From Candidatus Liptonbacteria bacterium (lineage in GTDB: Bacteria > Patescibacteriota > Minisyncoccia > UBA6257 > 2-01-FULL-56-20), in contig JACQKU010000014.1 of the NCBI GenBank assembly GCA_016204335.1, positions 4,988 through 68,987 of the forward strand: a DNA stretch of 64,000 nt, read 5' to 3'. Positions 19,108 to 28,372 of the stretch are shown in pieces; the stretch's first letter is position 1; the number at the start of each line of letters is the position of its first letter. A program made the translations under genes and the position numbers. The notes beneath the pieces were generated by a model. The model was not told the origin of the DNA and did no database searches. It saw nothing but the letters and a program-made list of their open reading frames with translations.

Positions 19108-19896
19108 ATGCAAAAACTCATTGTTGCTAATTGGAAGATGAATCCAATCTCTGCGAAAGAGGCGTTTTCGCTTGCGAAGAAGATTGATGCGGGAATTCCG
19201 AAGAAAAAAAATATCGAAGTTGTTATCGCGCCGCCGTTTCCATACCTTGAATGTATCAAGTATCAAGTATCAAGCATCAAGTTGGGAGCGCAGGATGTAT
19301 TTTGGGAAGACAAGGGAGCATACACGGGCGAAGTGTCGCCGACGATGCTCAAAAATCTCGGCGCAGAGTATGTGATTGTCGGCCACTCGGAGCGGCGCCG
19401 CCTTCTAAATGAAACCGACGAGATGGTTAACAAAAAAGTTCAGGCGTCGATGAAAGCCGGTTTGAAAGTTATTTTGTGCGTCGGCGAACCCAAACGAGCG
19501 ACAAGAGACATGCGACAAGGAATAAAGGAAGCGAAAAGTTTTGTAAAACGACAATTGCAGAGAGATTTAAAAGGAATTTCCAAATCCCATGTCGCTAATC
19601 CCATGTCGCTTATTGTAGCTTACGAGCCGATATGGGCAATCAGCGCAGGCGGCGCCGGAAAACCGGACAAGCCCGAAGACGCCGCCGAAATGATACGATT
19701 TATTAAGCAATTCCTCACTACTCACTACTCATTACTCGCTACTCCTGTCTTGTACGGCGGCTCCGTAAATTCCTCAAACGTCCGGAATTTCCTGCAGTAT
19801 GAAGAAGTGGATGGCGCGCTGGTCGGTAGCGCGAGTTTAAAGCATCAAGAATTTAAAAAGATAATCGCCGCAGTTTCATCGGTTGCGTATTATTAA
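19108..19896 (+). CDS. tpiA: triosephosphate isomerase
   Basis: IVANWKMN, GHSERR, YGGSVN motifs; carries two heptamer tandem-repeat tracts in-frame. Confidence 0.9.
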   Translation: MQKLIVANWKMNPISAKEAFSLAKKIDAGIPKKKNIEVVIAPPFPYLECIKYQVSSIKLGAQDVFWEDKGAYTGEVSPTMLKNLGAEYVIVGHSERRRLLNETDEMVNKKVQASMKAGLKVILCVGEPKRATRDMRQGIKEAKSFVKRQLQRDLKGISKSHVANPMSLIVAYEPIWAISAGGAGKPDKPEDAAEMIRFIKQFLTTHYSLLATPVLYGGSVNSSNVRNFLQYEEVDGALVGSASLKHQEFKKIIAAVSSVAYY

Positions 19897-22141
19897 AAAC
19901 ATGAAGCACAAAACAAAAATAATTTTAGGACTGACAGGATTAGGCATACTTTTCATTTCGCGCTTTGTTTTGGCGGATACGCTTATTAATCAAACCATTC
20001 ACGATACAAGGGCGCACGCAGGCATTCAATTTTCATTCAATAATTATCGTAGCGGACAAACATTCCTTGCTTCTTCCGCTTTTACCGTATCCGATATTCG
20101 ATACTGGATTAAATCCTCAAATGGGAGTGCTCAATCCGCAACATTCAATCTCGCCTTATACGATTTGGGTCTGACAAGCAATCCTTTAACTTCGCCCATC
20201 CTTGTTGCTTCCTCGACGAATACGGCGGTAAACGAAAGCGGTTTTACGGGGTCGGAATACACTTTTACGTTTTCACCTGCTTTTACTCTCACTGCCAATC
20301 ATTATTATTTTGTCGCGCAAGGGAGTTATGGCATCGGTATTAGCGCGGGCGCTTTAACCACTGCGGGTTCGGCAAGCGATGTGATTACCGGCCGGTATTA
20401 CAATAATGTTTCGTTTGGCGATAATTTTACCGGTCTCGATTTGGAAATTAACGATTCGTATTTTGTTATAAACGGAGGAGCTATTCTGCCTTCAATTACC
20501 GGCTTGCAGCAGTCCAAATCCGATGCTACAACCTCTATCGCCGAAGGCAATGCGACGACGGAAGATACGGTGGTATTCGGCGCGATGTTGCAATCGTCAT
20601 CGAGCGACCCATTGCGGCTGGAAGTGGAATATACGGCGAGCGAAACTTTTACGGGCATTGCCAACGCAACGACTACACCCGTTCCTCCCGGCAGTGTTGC
20701 AACCGCAACTGCAACCGGACTTCAGAACGGCAACTATCGGTGGCGCGCAAGGGCGGTGGATACGGCAACGAACGCCGCCTCCGACTGGCAGGAGTTCGGA
20801 ACGGCGGGCAATACGGATTTTGTCGTTAATAACTTAGGACAAAACGCGGCAGAGTTGGCGAAGCAACTTCTGAACTCCTCGTACCTTTTTGGCGGCAAGG
20901 GATGGGATTACGACGCAAATCAATTTATCTCCGCCAGTATGATCAAAAGCGGTTATACGTTTTGGAATCAATCATTGACAATGCCAGGTAAAGATTTCGG
21001 TTTAGGTGTGGATTGTTCTGGTCTTATCATGTGGGCGTTTAACCGGAGTGTCGATGCATTAAAGCCATTTGTGAATAATTTTGTGAAATATGAAGGGGCC
21101 AATGCACAATATATGAGTAATACGATACCAGTTGCTGAATCACAACTTAAGCCCGGAGATGTGATGTTTTTCGATAACGTTGACGCGAATGGTGATCCTG
21201 GCCAAGATGGTCATATCGACCATGTCGAGATGTATGTCGGGAGTAGTACTGGTGGTTTCGATGTGGTTAGCGCAGCTTCCAAAGCTCTCGGAGTTATTGG
21301 GCGATCCAAAGACATCCGAAAGCAACCACAAACTGGTTTTGTTGGTTTCAAGCTGGTCACCTTAGCAGCACCGTATGGCTTTTTGGCAAGCGCTTATTCA
21401 CCAGTTGGTCTTATAGTTAGCGACCCTGATGGATTTACGATTACGCCTATGACGGTTGTATCATCTAACGAAGAATTTCTACGAGAAATTCCTGGAGTGT
21501 TTTACTACTCGGAAATGGAAAAAGGAGCAGATGGCAATTCTATTAAACGTGTATACTCCCCGACGCTCAAAACCGGGGATTATACGATAAAAGTTGTGCC
21601 AGTTCTTGGAACTTCTCTTGTTGCAACATACACGCTCGATGTTACGATTGGCGGACAGACTACTGTTTTGGCAAACAGTGCAACTGTGAGACAGATACCG
21701 TCCCAGGGTTATGGTGTAACAGTGTCGACCAGCAGTAGTATAAGCGTTTTCGTTCCTGCCGCAATCGATATCAGGCCCAACGAAAGCCCGAATAATATTA
21801 ACCTCAATTCTCATGGAATATTGCCTGTTGCAATTTTCGGCTCAGCAACCCTGAACGTTAATAATATAGATTTCGCAACCGTGAGATTGTTGGGAGCCAC
21901 GATAAAATTAAAAGAAAATAAAAAACCCGTCGTAAAATACAAAGATATAAACAAAGACGGCTTTCCTGACGCAATAGTTCGTTTCCCAATCCGGGCGCTC
22001 AACCTTACGCCGTCAAGCACGCAGGCAAGTTTAATTGGCCAACTTGCAAACGGCACCGTAATCAAGGGTTCTGACTCCGTTCGTATTGTTTCCACCAGCG
22101 AACGCGGCGAAGATGAAGATAACGAAGGCAATGACGACTAA
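19883..22141 (+). CDS. large secreted NlpC/P60-family cell-wall hydrolase
   Basis: Signal/TM N-terminus; NlpC/P60 catalytic region GVDCSGLIMWAF...DGHIDHVEMYVG; acidic C-terminus; 752 aa. Confidence 0.7.
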   Translation: MRIIKNMKHKTKIILGLTGLGILFISRFVLADTLINQTIHDTRAHAGIQFSFNNYRSGQTFLASSAFTVSDIRYWIKSSNGSAQSATFNLALYDLGLTSNPLTSPILVASSTNTAVNESGFTGSEYTFTFSPAFTLTANHYYFVAQGSYGIGISAGALTTAGSASDVITGRYYNNVSFGDNFTGLDLEINDSYFVINGGAILPSITGLQQSKSDATTSIAEGNATTEDTVVFGAMLQSSSSDPLRLEVEYTASETFTGIANATTTPVPPGSVATATATGLQNGNYRWRARAVDTATNAASDWQEFGTAGNTDFVVNNLGQNAAELAKQLLNSSYLFGGKGWDYDANQFISASMIKSGYTFWNQSLTMPGKDFGLGVDCSGLIMWAFNRSVDALKPFVNNFVKYEGANAQYMSNTIPVAESQLKPGDVMFFDNVDANGDPGQDGHIDHVEMYVGSSTGGFDVVSAASKALGVIGRSKDIRKQPQTGFVGFKLVTLAAPYGFLASAYSPVGLIVSDPDGFTITPMTVVSSNEEFLREIPGVFYYSEMEKGADGNSIKRVYSPTLKTGDYTIKVVPVLGTSLVATYTLDVTIGGQTTVLANSATVRQIPSQGYGVTVSTSSSISVFVPAAIDIRPNESPNNINLNSHGILPVAIFGSATLNVNNIDFATVRLLGATIKLKENKKPVVKYKDINKDGFPDAIVRFPIRALNLTPSSTQASLIGQLANGTVIKGSDSVRIVSTSERGEDEDNEGNDD

Positions 22142-22739
22142 CGGCAAAAAACTATTTCTCGCCATAACCGCTCTTCTTATTGTTTGTATTTCCGTTGTCG
22201 TGCTCTGGATACTCGTTGGGCAAAAACTTCAGAAACCGGTTCTGCAATCGCAATCTCTTCTACCTGCCGCAACGAGCTCCTCCTTGCCATCTGCGCCTAC
22301 ACTTCCTGTCGCCCCCTTAGTTTCACTCGTCAAAGCAAGCAGTACCGCGGGAACAAAAACTTACAGAAACACAGAATACGGATTTGAGTTTCAGTATCCG
22401 GAAAGTTGGAAGTTTGAGGAGAATAAGGTTTATAGTCCATTCAGTAAGTTTAATCTCATTGGATCACCAGTAGAGGGCATATACATATCCGATCCAATAG
22501 TCATAAATGTTGTTACGCCTGATTTTGCAGAACGACAGTTTTCCGATTTGAAAGGTACTGGTTTGACAACAAATATCGCTGGAGTTGTCGGGGAAAGATA
22601 TAACTATACATTTGAAGGAACAGAAGAAAGCGATATCATTTTACCTTTTGCGTCATATAAAATGATTCTTGGTGTAAAAAAACCATACGAGGACATTTTC
22701 AACCAAATCCTCGCTTCATTCAAGTTTCTTCGGAATTAG
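22113..22739 (+). CDS. hypothetical membrane-anchored protein
   Basis: ORF-track start 22086 overlaps the upstream gene; Met at 22113 precedes a TM helix. Confidence 0.4.
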   Translation: MKITKAMTTNGKKLFLAITALLIVCISVVVLWILVGQKLQKPVLQSQSLLPAATSSSLPSAPTLPVAPLVSLVKASSTAGTKTYRNTEYGFEFQYPESWKFEENKVYSPFSKFNLIGSPVEGIYISDPIVINVVTPDFAERQFSDLKGTGLTTNIAGVVGERYNYTFEGTEESDIILPFASYKMILGVKKPYEDIFNQILASFKFLRN

Positions 22740-22844
22740 GAGCGTTTATGATAGAATAAAAACGGGCGATGAAGCCCGAAAGGCCGAAGAGTTCGTGAAA
22801 ATCATTTGCAGCGTTAATAATTAAAAAATTAATAAAATAAAAAA

Positions 22845-23603
22845 ATGGATAACATATCTTACAAAAACTATTTCTGGATTCTGCTTGACGTTCTTGTTGC
22901 AGGAATTATCGTGAATCTCGTTTTTTTCGTGATGCCTGCAATCAGGCAGTACGGAAATTCATTGCCGCCAGTGCGGACAATCACGGTTTCAGCGGAAGGC
23001 AAAACGACTGTTTCGCCCGATGTCGCCGAGGTTTCGTTCTCGGTCGTGTCCCGGGGAAAAAATCCCGAAGATTTGACATCGGAGAACAACGCAAAAATAT
23101 CTGCAGTCATCCAAAATCTTAAGGCGCAGGGAATCGATGCGAAAGACATTAAAACCACGGGTTACAATCTTTCGCCGAATTACGCTTACGACAGAAATAC
23201 CGGAAGGAGTTATATCGACGGCTACGCGTTCAACCAGACGGTGCTTGTCAAAATTCGCGACCTTTCCAAAACGGCGAAAGTGGTCGGCGGAGTGACTCCG
23301 CTCGGCGTGAATCAGATAGGAGGGATTTCTTTTGTCGTTGACGACCAGGAAAAATTCCTCGCGGAAGCCAGGACTGACGCATTCAAAAAAGCTCAAGCCA
23401 AAGCGAATGGAATGGCTTCGGAAAACGGAGCGAAGATCGGAAAAGTTCTGAATATTTCCGAAAATCAAAATCCGCCTATTTTTTACGCGCGTGAAAGCGC
23501 GGCTATGGGCGGCGTAATGGCGGATTCCGCGCCGGTTCCGGCGATTGAGCCGGGGACTCAGGAAATTAAAGTACAGGTTTCGGTTACCTATGAGCTTCGG
23601 TAA
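22845..23603 (+). CDS. SIMPL/DUF541 domain protein
   Basis: TM anchor then SIMPL-like segments (ITVSAEG.., NQIGGISF..). Confidence 0.6.
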   Translation: MDNISYKNYFWILLDVLVAGIIVNLVFFVMPAIRQYGNSLPPVRTITVSAEGKTTVSPDVAEVSFSVVSRGKNPEDLTSENNAKISAVIQNLKAQGIDAKDIKTTGYNLSPNYAYDRNTGRSYIDGYAFNQTVLVKIRDLSKTAKVVGGVTPLGVNQIGGISFVVDDQEKFLAEARTDAFKKAQAKANGMASENGAKIGKVLNISENQNPPIFYARESAAMGGVMADSAPVPAIEPGTQEIKVQVSVTYELR

Positions 23604-23623
23604 TAGGATTAAATTCTCAAACG

Positions 23624-24271
23624 ATGACTAAGAAGGACTTTATTTTGTCCGTGGCGATAGGAACCGCGGTGGGCTTTTTGGTCCAACCCGTGATTTCGAA
23701 TTTCTCGGAAGAGATTGTTAACGCGACCGGCGCTTCGCTTATTGCGATGCGTTTCGTTGCGTTCTTCCTCTTTTTATTTGGCGCGCCGGCGGCGCTCTTC
23801 ATAGCGGCGTATATAGGGCGTTCGGTCAGGATTGTTTATCAGTTCGCCAAATTCGTCTCTGTCGGAACGCTGAACAGCATGATTGACCTCGGAGTGCTGA
23901 ATCTCGAAACATTCTTATGGGGCGTCCTGCCCGGGCCGACAACTTTCGCGGTGTTTAAGGGTATTTCATTTCTTGCCTCCACAACGAACAGTTTTTTTTG
24001 GAACAAGTACTGGACGTTCGAGGCGAGCGCGAAACCCCGGGCGGACGAGGTGACTAAATTTTACGTCGTGGCGATTCTGGGAGGATTCCTGAATATCGCC
24101 GTTGCCACGGCGGTTCGAACCGTCGGCGGAAACGTTATTCCTTCCCAAAACGTTCTAGTGAACATTGTCGCGCCTTTCTCGGGAATTTTCACCGTTTTTT
24201 TGTGGAACTTCCTCGGGTATAAATATATTGTTTTTAAAACCAAGTCCGAAGCCACGCCGCTTGACAGATAA
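23624..24271 (+). CDS. GtrA-like family membrane protein
   Basis: Four TM segments, FAKFVSVGTLNSMIDLGVLN GtrA-type motif. Confidence 0.55.
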   Translation: MTKKDFILSVAIGTAVGFLVQPVISNFSEEIVNATGASLIAMRFVAFFLFLFGAPAALFIAAYIGRSVRIVYQFAKFVSVGTLNSMIDLGVLNLETFLWGVLPGPTTFAVFKGISFLASTTNSFFWNKYWTFEASAKPRADEVTKFYVVAILGGFLNIAVATAVRTVGGNVIPSQNVLVNIVAPFSGIFTVFLWNFLGYKYIVFKTKSEATPLDR

Positions 24272-24452
24272 ATAAAAGTGTGCTATCTTGTATCCAGAAT
24301 TTTGACAGTTGAATTTCTGCGGCAACAAAGAGGATTTTCTGAATTTTCTTTATTGCTGCGGAAACATTACGGCAAAAGATTCCCTAAAGTTTCGCTTCAA
24401 GGCGAAACACCCGACTTTCTGAAAGGAAGCGGGTAGGAAAAGGAGGATCGGA

Positions 24453-24599
24453 ATGAATTGGGCGATTGCGCTTCTTTCTCTGGTCGGGATGGCGTGCCTC
24501 GCGCATGCCATGCCGGCGCATCCCTTGAACGCTGGTATCGGATTCACCCTTTACGCCGGTACCCTCGGTCTGGGCATGTGGGGCGTCGCGACCAGCTGA
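24453..24599 (+). CDS. small hydrophobic ORF (48 aa) with strong AGGAGG RBS
   Basis: AGGAGGATCGGAATG..; MNWAIALLSLVGMACLAHAMPA..; below ORF-track size cutoff. Confidence 0.3.
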   Translation: MNWAIALLSLVGMACLAHAMPAHPLNAGIGFTLYAGTLGLGMWGVATS

Positions 24600-26060
24600 C
24601 CTCCTCTGCTCACAATCTTCCCGCCGTTCCAGTCCAGGCCCCCACACGCCGCACAGGCGTTCGTCGGGGGTCTCGTTCATTTTTGAGACTTTTCGAAGTG
24701 AGAATACGTATATGGAAGTTTTTTCCCGCTTCTACCCAACGCGGAGATTTTCGTTTTGAAAGCAGCTCTCGGAGGCAACAAAAGCTTGGTGTCCGAAGGA
24801 CTTTTGTTGCTGAGAGGAAGACGAAAAACACCGCTGGAGTGTTTTTACGGCGGTGCTTTCAAAACGAAAACCGGAGCACCTGCACAAGTTCAGATACATA
24901 TGAGACTTTTCGAACGGTCGAAAAGTCATGCGAATCCATAGCAAAATAGCTCATACCCGAGGGTTTGTCTCAACCTACAACGAGGCGCTACGCTTGCGGG
25001 ATATGATTACCCGTAAAGCAGAGGAACGCGCCCGCATCCTCGCGTTCTGGCAGAAGCACGGGGATGCCGCAGCCAAAGAGGCGTTCACCATTTCTCGTCC
25101 CACCTTGTTTCGATGGCAGAACAATCTCCATGCCGGAAGCGGCAAGCTCGAGGCATTGAATCCGGGAAGCACCGCGCCGAAGAACAGACGGAAACGGACG
25201 ATCCCTGAATCAGTCAAAGACCTCATTCTCACGGAACGTTCACGCGAGCGCATAGGCAAAGAGAAACTTGCCTTGCTTCTCAAGGAAGACGGCATCGCAA
25301 CGCTCTCGCCGTCAACGGTCGGCAGGATGCTCGATGATATGAAGCGCGCCGGCAAACTTCCGAACCCGCGCAAACTCTCTTTCTCGGGAAAGACCGGACG
25401 GCTCAACGAGCGAATAGCCCCGCAATACAAGAAGAAACTGCGGAGCAATGGCCATGAGGGAGCTCTCGTGAAAGCCGATACCGTGGTGAGATTCACGAAC
25501 GGCATCAAGCGGTATATTCTGACCGCGATTGATCAAGAAACGAAGTTTGCTTTCGCGTATGGCTACCCCTCGCATGGCTCGCAGCATGCCGCTGAGTTTA
25601 TGCAGACCTTCAAAGACGTGGCGCCAATTTCTCTGACTCATGTGCAGACGGATAACGGAAGCGAATTTGCAAATCATTTTGAGTCCTATCTGACCACAGA
25701 AGGCATTATCCATTTCCATATTTATCCCCGTTCTCCCCAGATGAATGCGGAGATCGAACGATTCAACCGGACCTTGTCCGAAGCCTTTATCTCGAAGAAC
25801 AGACATTTGTTGGCATACGACCTTCCCGCATTCAATCGAGAACTTATGGATTGGTTACTGTGGTACAACACGCGCAGGCCGCACTGGTCGATTGGCTTGA
25901 TTTCTCCGTTGAGGTATATTGTGAATCAACTACCCGCCGAAGAGTCTCATATGTTGTGGACGAGTACAGCACCTTGACTTTTAGTTGCAAGCCATGCTAT
26001 ACTCTCTTCGAATGAGTGTGAATATGCCTTAACGATGATATCGACTAAGGTATGTCGCAT
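24600..26060 (+). mobile_element. probable IS element carrying the transposase; ends not resolved
   Basis: Transposase ORF preceded by a 330-bp structured non-coding tract with GAGACTTTTCGAA direct repeats; no clean terminal inverted repeats found by eye. Confidence 0.35.
24928..25977 (+). CDS. IS481-like family DDE transposase (HTH + rve integrase core)
   Basis: N-terminal HTH (ISRPTLFRWQ), DDE core with DNGSEF, C-terminal YNTRRPHWSIGLISP; alternative start at 25003. Confidence 0.8.
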   Translation: MRIHSKIAHTRGFVSTYNEALRLRDMITRKAEERARILAFWQKHGDAAAKEAFTISRPTLFRWQNNLHAGSGKLEALNPGSTAPKNRRKRTIPESVKDLILTERSRERIGKEKLALLLKEDGIATLSPSTVGRMLDDMKRAGKLPNPRKLSFSGKTGRLNERIAPQYKKKLRSNGHEGALVKADTVVRFTNGIKRYILTAIDQETKFAFAYGYPSHGSQHAAEFMQTFKDVAPISLTHVQTDNGSEFANHFESYLTTEGIIHFHIYPRSPQMNAEIERFNRTLSEAFISKNRHLLAYDLPAFNRELMDWLLWYNTRRPHWSIGLISPLRYIVNQLPAEESHMLWTSTAP

Positions 26061-26078
26061 CCGCTTTGTTTAGCCGTC

Positions 26079-26110
26079 CCGCCCGCAAGGGTTGGGCGGT
26101 TTTGTTTTTG
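26079..26110 (+). terminator. Rho-independent terminator CCGCCC-loop-GGGCGG-TTTTGTTTTT
   Basis: GC stem followed by T-run after the transposase. Confidence 0.55.
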
Positions 26111-26181
26111 CCAGGCAGTGAAAGTTCGGCTTTTGAATACGGATGCCGCCTATGGCGACTGGCCGAACTTCTACTGCCTGG
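26111..26181 (+). repeat. short MITE-like element with termini CCAGGCAGTGAAAGTTCGGC ... GCCGAACTTCTACTGCCTGG
   Basis: 20-bp terminal inverted repeats; same termini type as 18331-18478. Confidence 0.6.
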
Positions 26182-26370
26182 TTTGAATACTGAAACTTAA
26201 TTAAGTAATATATATTCGGAGCGGCCGGAGAGCACTCATTCTTCAAACAAAGCAATGGAGGTCACCTCGGCCGCTCCATCAGAGCTTCAACCGTCAATTA
26301 TCATGTGTCAGGTCCAATTTTGTTTCATAGATATTTTCTTGACACCTGATACCTGACCCATGACACTTTT

Positions 26371-27321
26371 ATGTTTAAAGAAAACATTCCGCTTGCCGGG
26401 CATACAGGTTATAAAATCGGCGGACCCGCGCGTTATTTTTTTGAAGCGCGCAATCTTGATGAATTGGAGAGCGCCGTCCGGGAAGCCCGTAAAAAAAATC
26501 TTTCGATATTCGTTTTGGGCGGCGGCACGAATCTTTTGGTTTCGGATGAAGGATTCGACGGCTTGGCGCTGAAGCCGGATTTTCATTTCCTGGAACAAGA
26601 CGGCAACGAAGTGAATGTCGGCGCCGGCATCCCAATTGCCGAATTACTTAATTACTTAATTACTCATTCTCTGACTGGTCTTGAATGGGCGGGCGGTTTG
26701 CCGGGAACCGTTGGCGGAGCGGTTCGCGGGAATGCGGGAGCGTTCGGCGGAGAAACAAAAGACCTTATAAAAAGCGTCCGGAGTTTTGATATCGAGAAAT
26801 TAAAAGAAGTTGAACGCGAGGCGCCGGCGTGTGACTTCGGCTATCGTTCAAGCGTTTTTAAAAAGAAAGGAGGAACGGAGATTATTATGTCCGCGGTATT
26901 TGCTCTGAAAAAAGGCGATACGGAAACCGTCCGAAAATCAATTCACGAAAAAATAAATTATCGTCGGGAAAGGCATCCGTTGGAGTATCCCAATATCGGA
27001 AGTATTTTTAAAAACGTCCCCTTAACGCGGATAAGCGCGGATAGTATAAGCCTAAATTTGCCTGGCAGTACGCGTAAATCAGCGGCCATACCGGTGAAGA
27101 CAGACCCTGTGCCCGTGGTGCCGGCGGCGTATCTGATTTCCGAGGCCGGGTTGAAGGGTGTCAGCTTCGGCGGGGCGATGGTTTCTCCCAAGCATCCCAA
27201 TTTCATCGTAAACGTGCTTGAAGCGAAGGCATCAGACGTGAAAACGTTAATTGAGCTCGTGAAAAACGAAGTCCACGGAAAATTCGGAATAATTTTGGAG
27301 GAAGAAGTGCAGAGAATCTGA
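26371..27321 (+). CDS. murB: UDP-N-acetylenolpyruvoylglucosamine reductase
   Basis: FAD-binding N-terminus GYKIGGPARYF, GGGTNLL; an AATTACTTAATTACTTAATTACTC 8-mer repeat is embedded in the coding sequence (~26640). Confidence 0.85.
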   Translation: MFKENIPLAGHTGYKIGGPARYFFEARNLDELESAVREARKKNLSIFVLGGGTNLLVSDEGFDGLALKPDFHFLEQDGNEVNVGAGIPIAELLNYLITHSLTGLEWAGGLPGTVGGAVRGNAGAFGGETKDLIKSVRSFDIEKLKEVEREAPACDFGYRSSVFKKKGGTEIIMSAVFALKKGDTETVRKSIHEKINYRRERHPLEYPNIGSIFKNVPLTRISADSISLNLPGSTRKSAAIPVKTDPVPVVPAAYLISEAGLKGVSFGGAMVSPKHPNFIVNVLEAKASDVKTLIELVKNEVHGKFGIILEEEVQRI

Positions 27322-27609
27322 TTTTCCGGCAAACGCGGGACTTTTTCTTTCGGGAAGTTCTTAGAGATCTCATAAGAGCGGGGAATTTTTTTGTCGGAGG
27401 GCTGTCGGAACTCCGACGTGCTTGGTTTTTTACCGCTATGCCGCGGCATAGTGCCATGAGACATCGGAGCGATCGGCAATAAAAAATTTCTCTGCCTGCC
27501 GCCTGTCTGCCGGCAGGCAGGGCATGCAGGCGCCGGAGAAATTTTATCGCGGTTCCCGAAAGGAAAATATCCGGAGCAAAAGTTATGCACAGTTTTTCTA
27601 AAAATCGCA

Positions 27610-27868
27610 AAATCTATTTGCTATAATTTCCAGCAAGGGAGAAATAAAAATGAAATTCTTATTTCGACCGAACAAAGATTTGAAATTTTAACGAGGTTTC
27701 GATTAGGCACGTTGGTCTTTTAAAAATTTTAAACTAAGACCGATAAAGGTCGGTAGCCCAACTAACATTTACTTTTTAAAATGGCAAAGAAAAAAGCGAA
27801 GAAAGGAGGAAAAAAGAGATAGAATTTGTTCTCTTCCCGCTCCGGCATATGCCGGAGCGGGTTTTTTT
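27610..27868 (+). ncRNA. candidate small RNA: -10-like TTGCTATAAT, two tiny K-rich ORFs, ending at a strong terminator
   Basis: Promoter-like TATAAT ~27620; hairpins GGTCTT..AAGACC and GACCGATAAAGGTCGG; terminator CCCGCTCCGGC-ATAT-GCCGGAGCGGG-TTTTTTT at 27836-27868. Confidence 0.3.
27836..27868 (+). terminator. strong Rho-independent terminator
   Basis: 11-bp GC stem, ATAT loop, 7 T. Confidence 0.7.
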
Positions 27869-27910
27869 ATTGCATTGGCAAATGATAGAAATTGTATTAT
27901 GCTGTTCAAT

Positions 27911-28246
27911 ATGCGAATTATCATTGAAGACGCGGGGCTTGAGGTGACGCCCGCCCTTAAGGCCTATATTTACGAGAAGCTCGGGGCGCTGGAGAAATTC
28001 GAGAAAAATAGAGAGGCGGAAATTTTCCTCGAGGTCTCACGGACGACCAAGCATCATCATAAAGGGATGGTATTCAGGGCGGAAGCGAATTTGAAAATCG
28101 GCGGGACAATGTTGCGGGCGGAAGCGAACGGAGAAGACATAAGAACGGCCATTGACGAAGTCAAAGACGAATTGAAAAGGGAAATTTCTCATTTCAAAGG
28201 AAAGGCGGCGGCAATGGCGCGGAGGAGCGGCCGCCGGGTAAAATGA
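27911..28246 (+). CDS. hpf: ribosome hibernation promoting factor (short HPF/RaiA)
   Basis: MRIIIEDAGLEVTPALKAYIYEKLGALEKF; followed by hairpin GAAATGTTG-CAGAGC-CAACATTTC. Confidence 0.8.
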   Translation: MRIIIEDAGLEVTPALKAYIYEKLGALEKFEKNREAEIFLEVSRTTKHHHKGMVFRAEANLKIGGTMLRAEANGEDIRTAIDEVKDELKREISHFKGKAAAMARRSGRRVK

Positions 28247-28372
28247 GAAATGTTGCAGAGCCAACATTTCTCTGTTTGGTTCGCTCGCCCGCAATGAAAA
28301 ATTATTCTCATTGCGTTGCTCGCTGCCAAATATGAAAAATGTCGCTCTCGCGGATAACAAAATTTTATCGCA

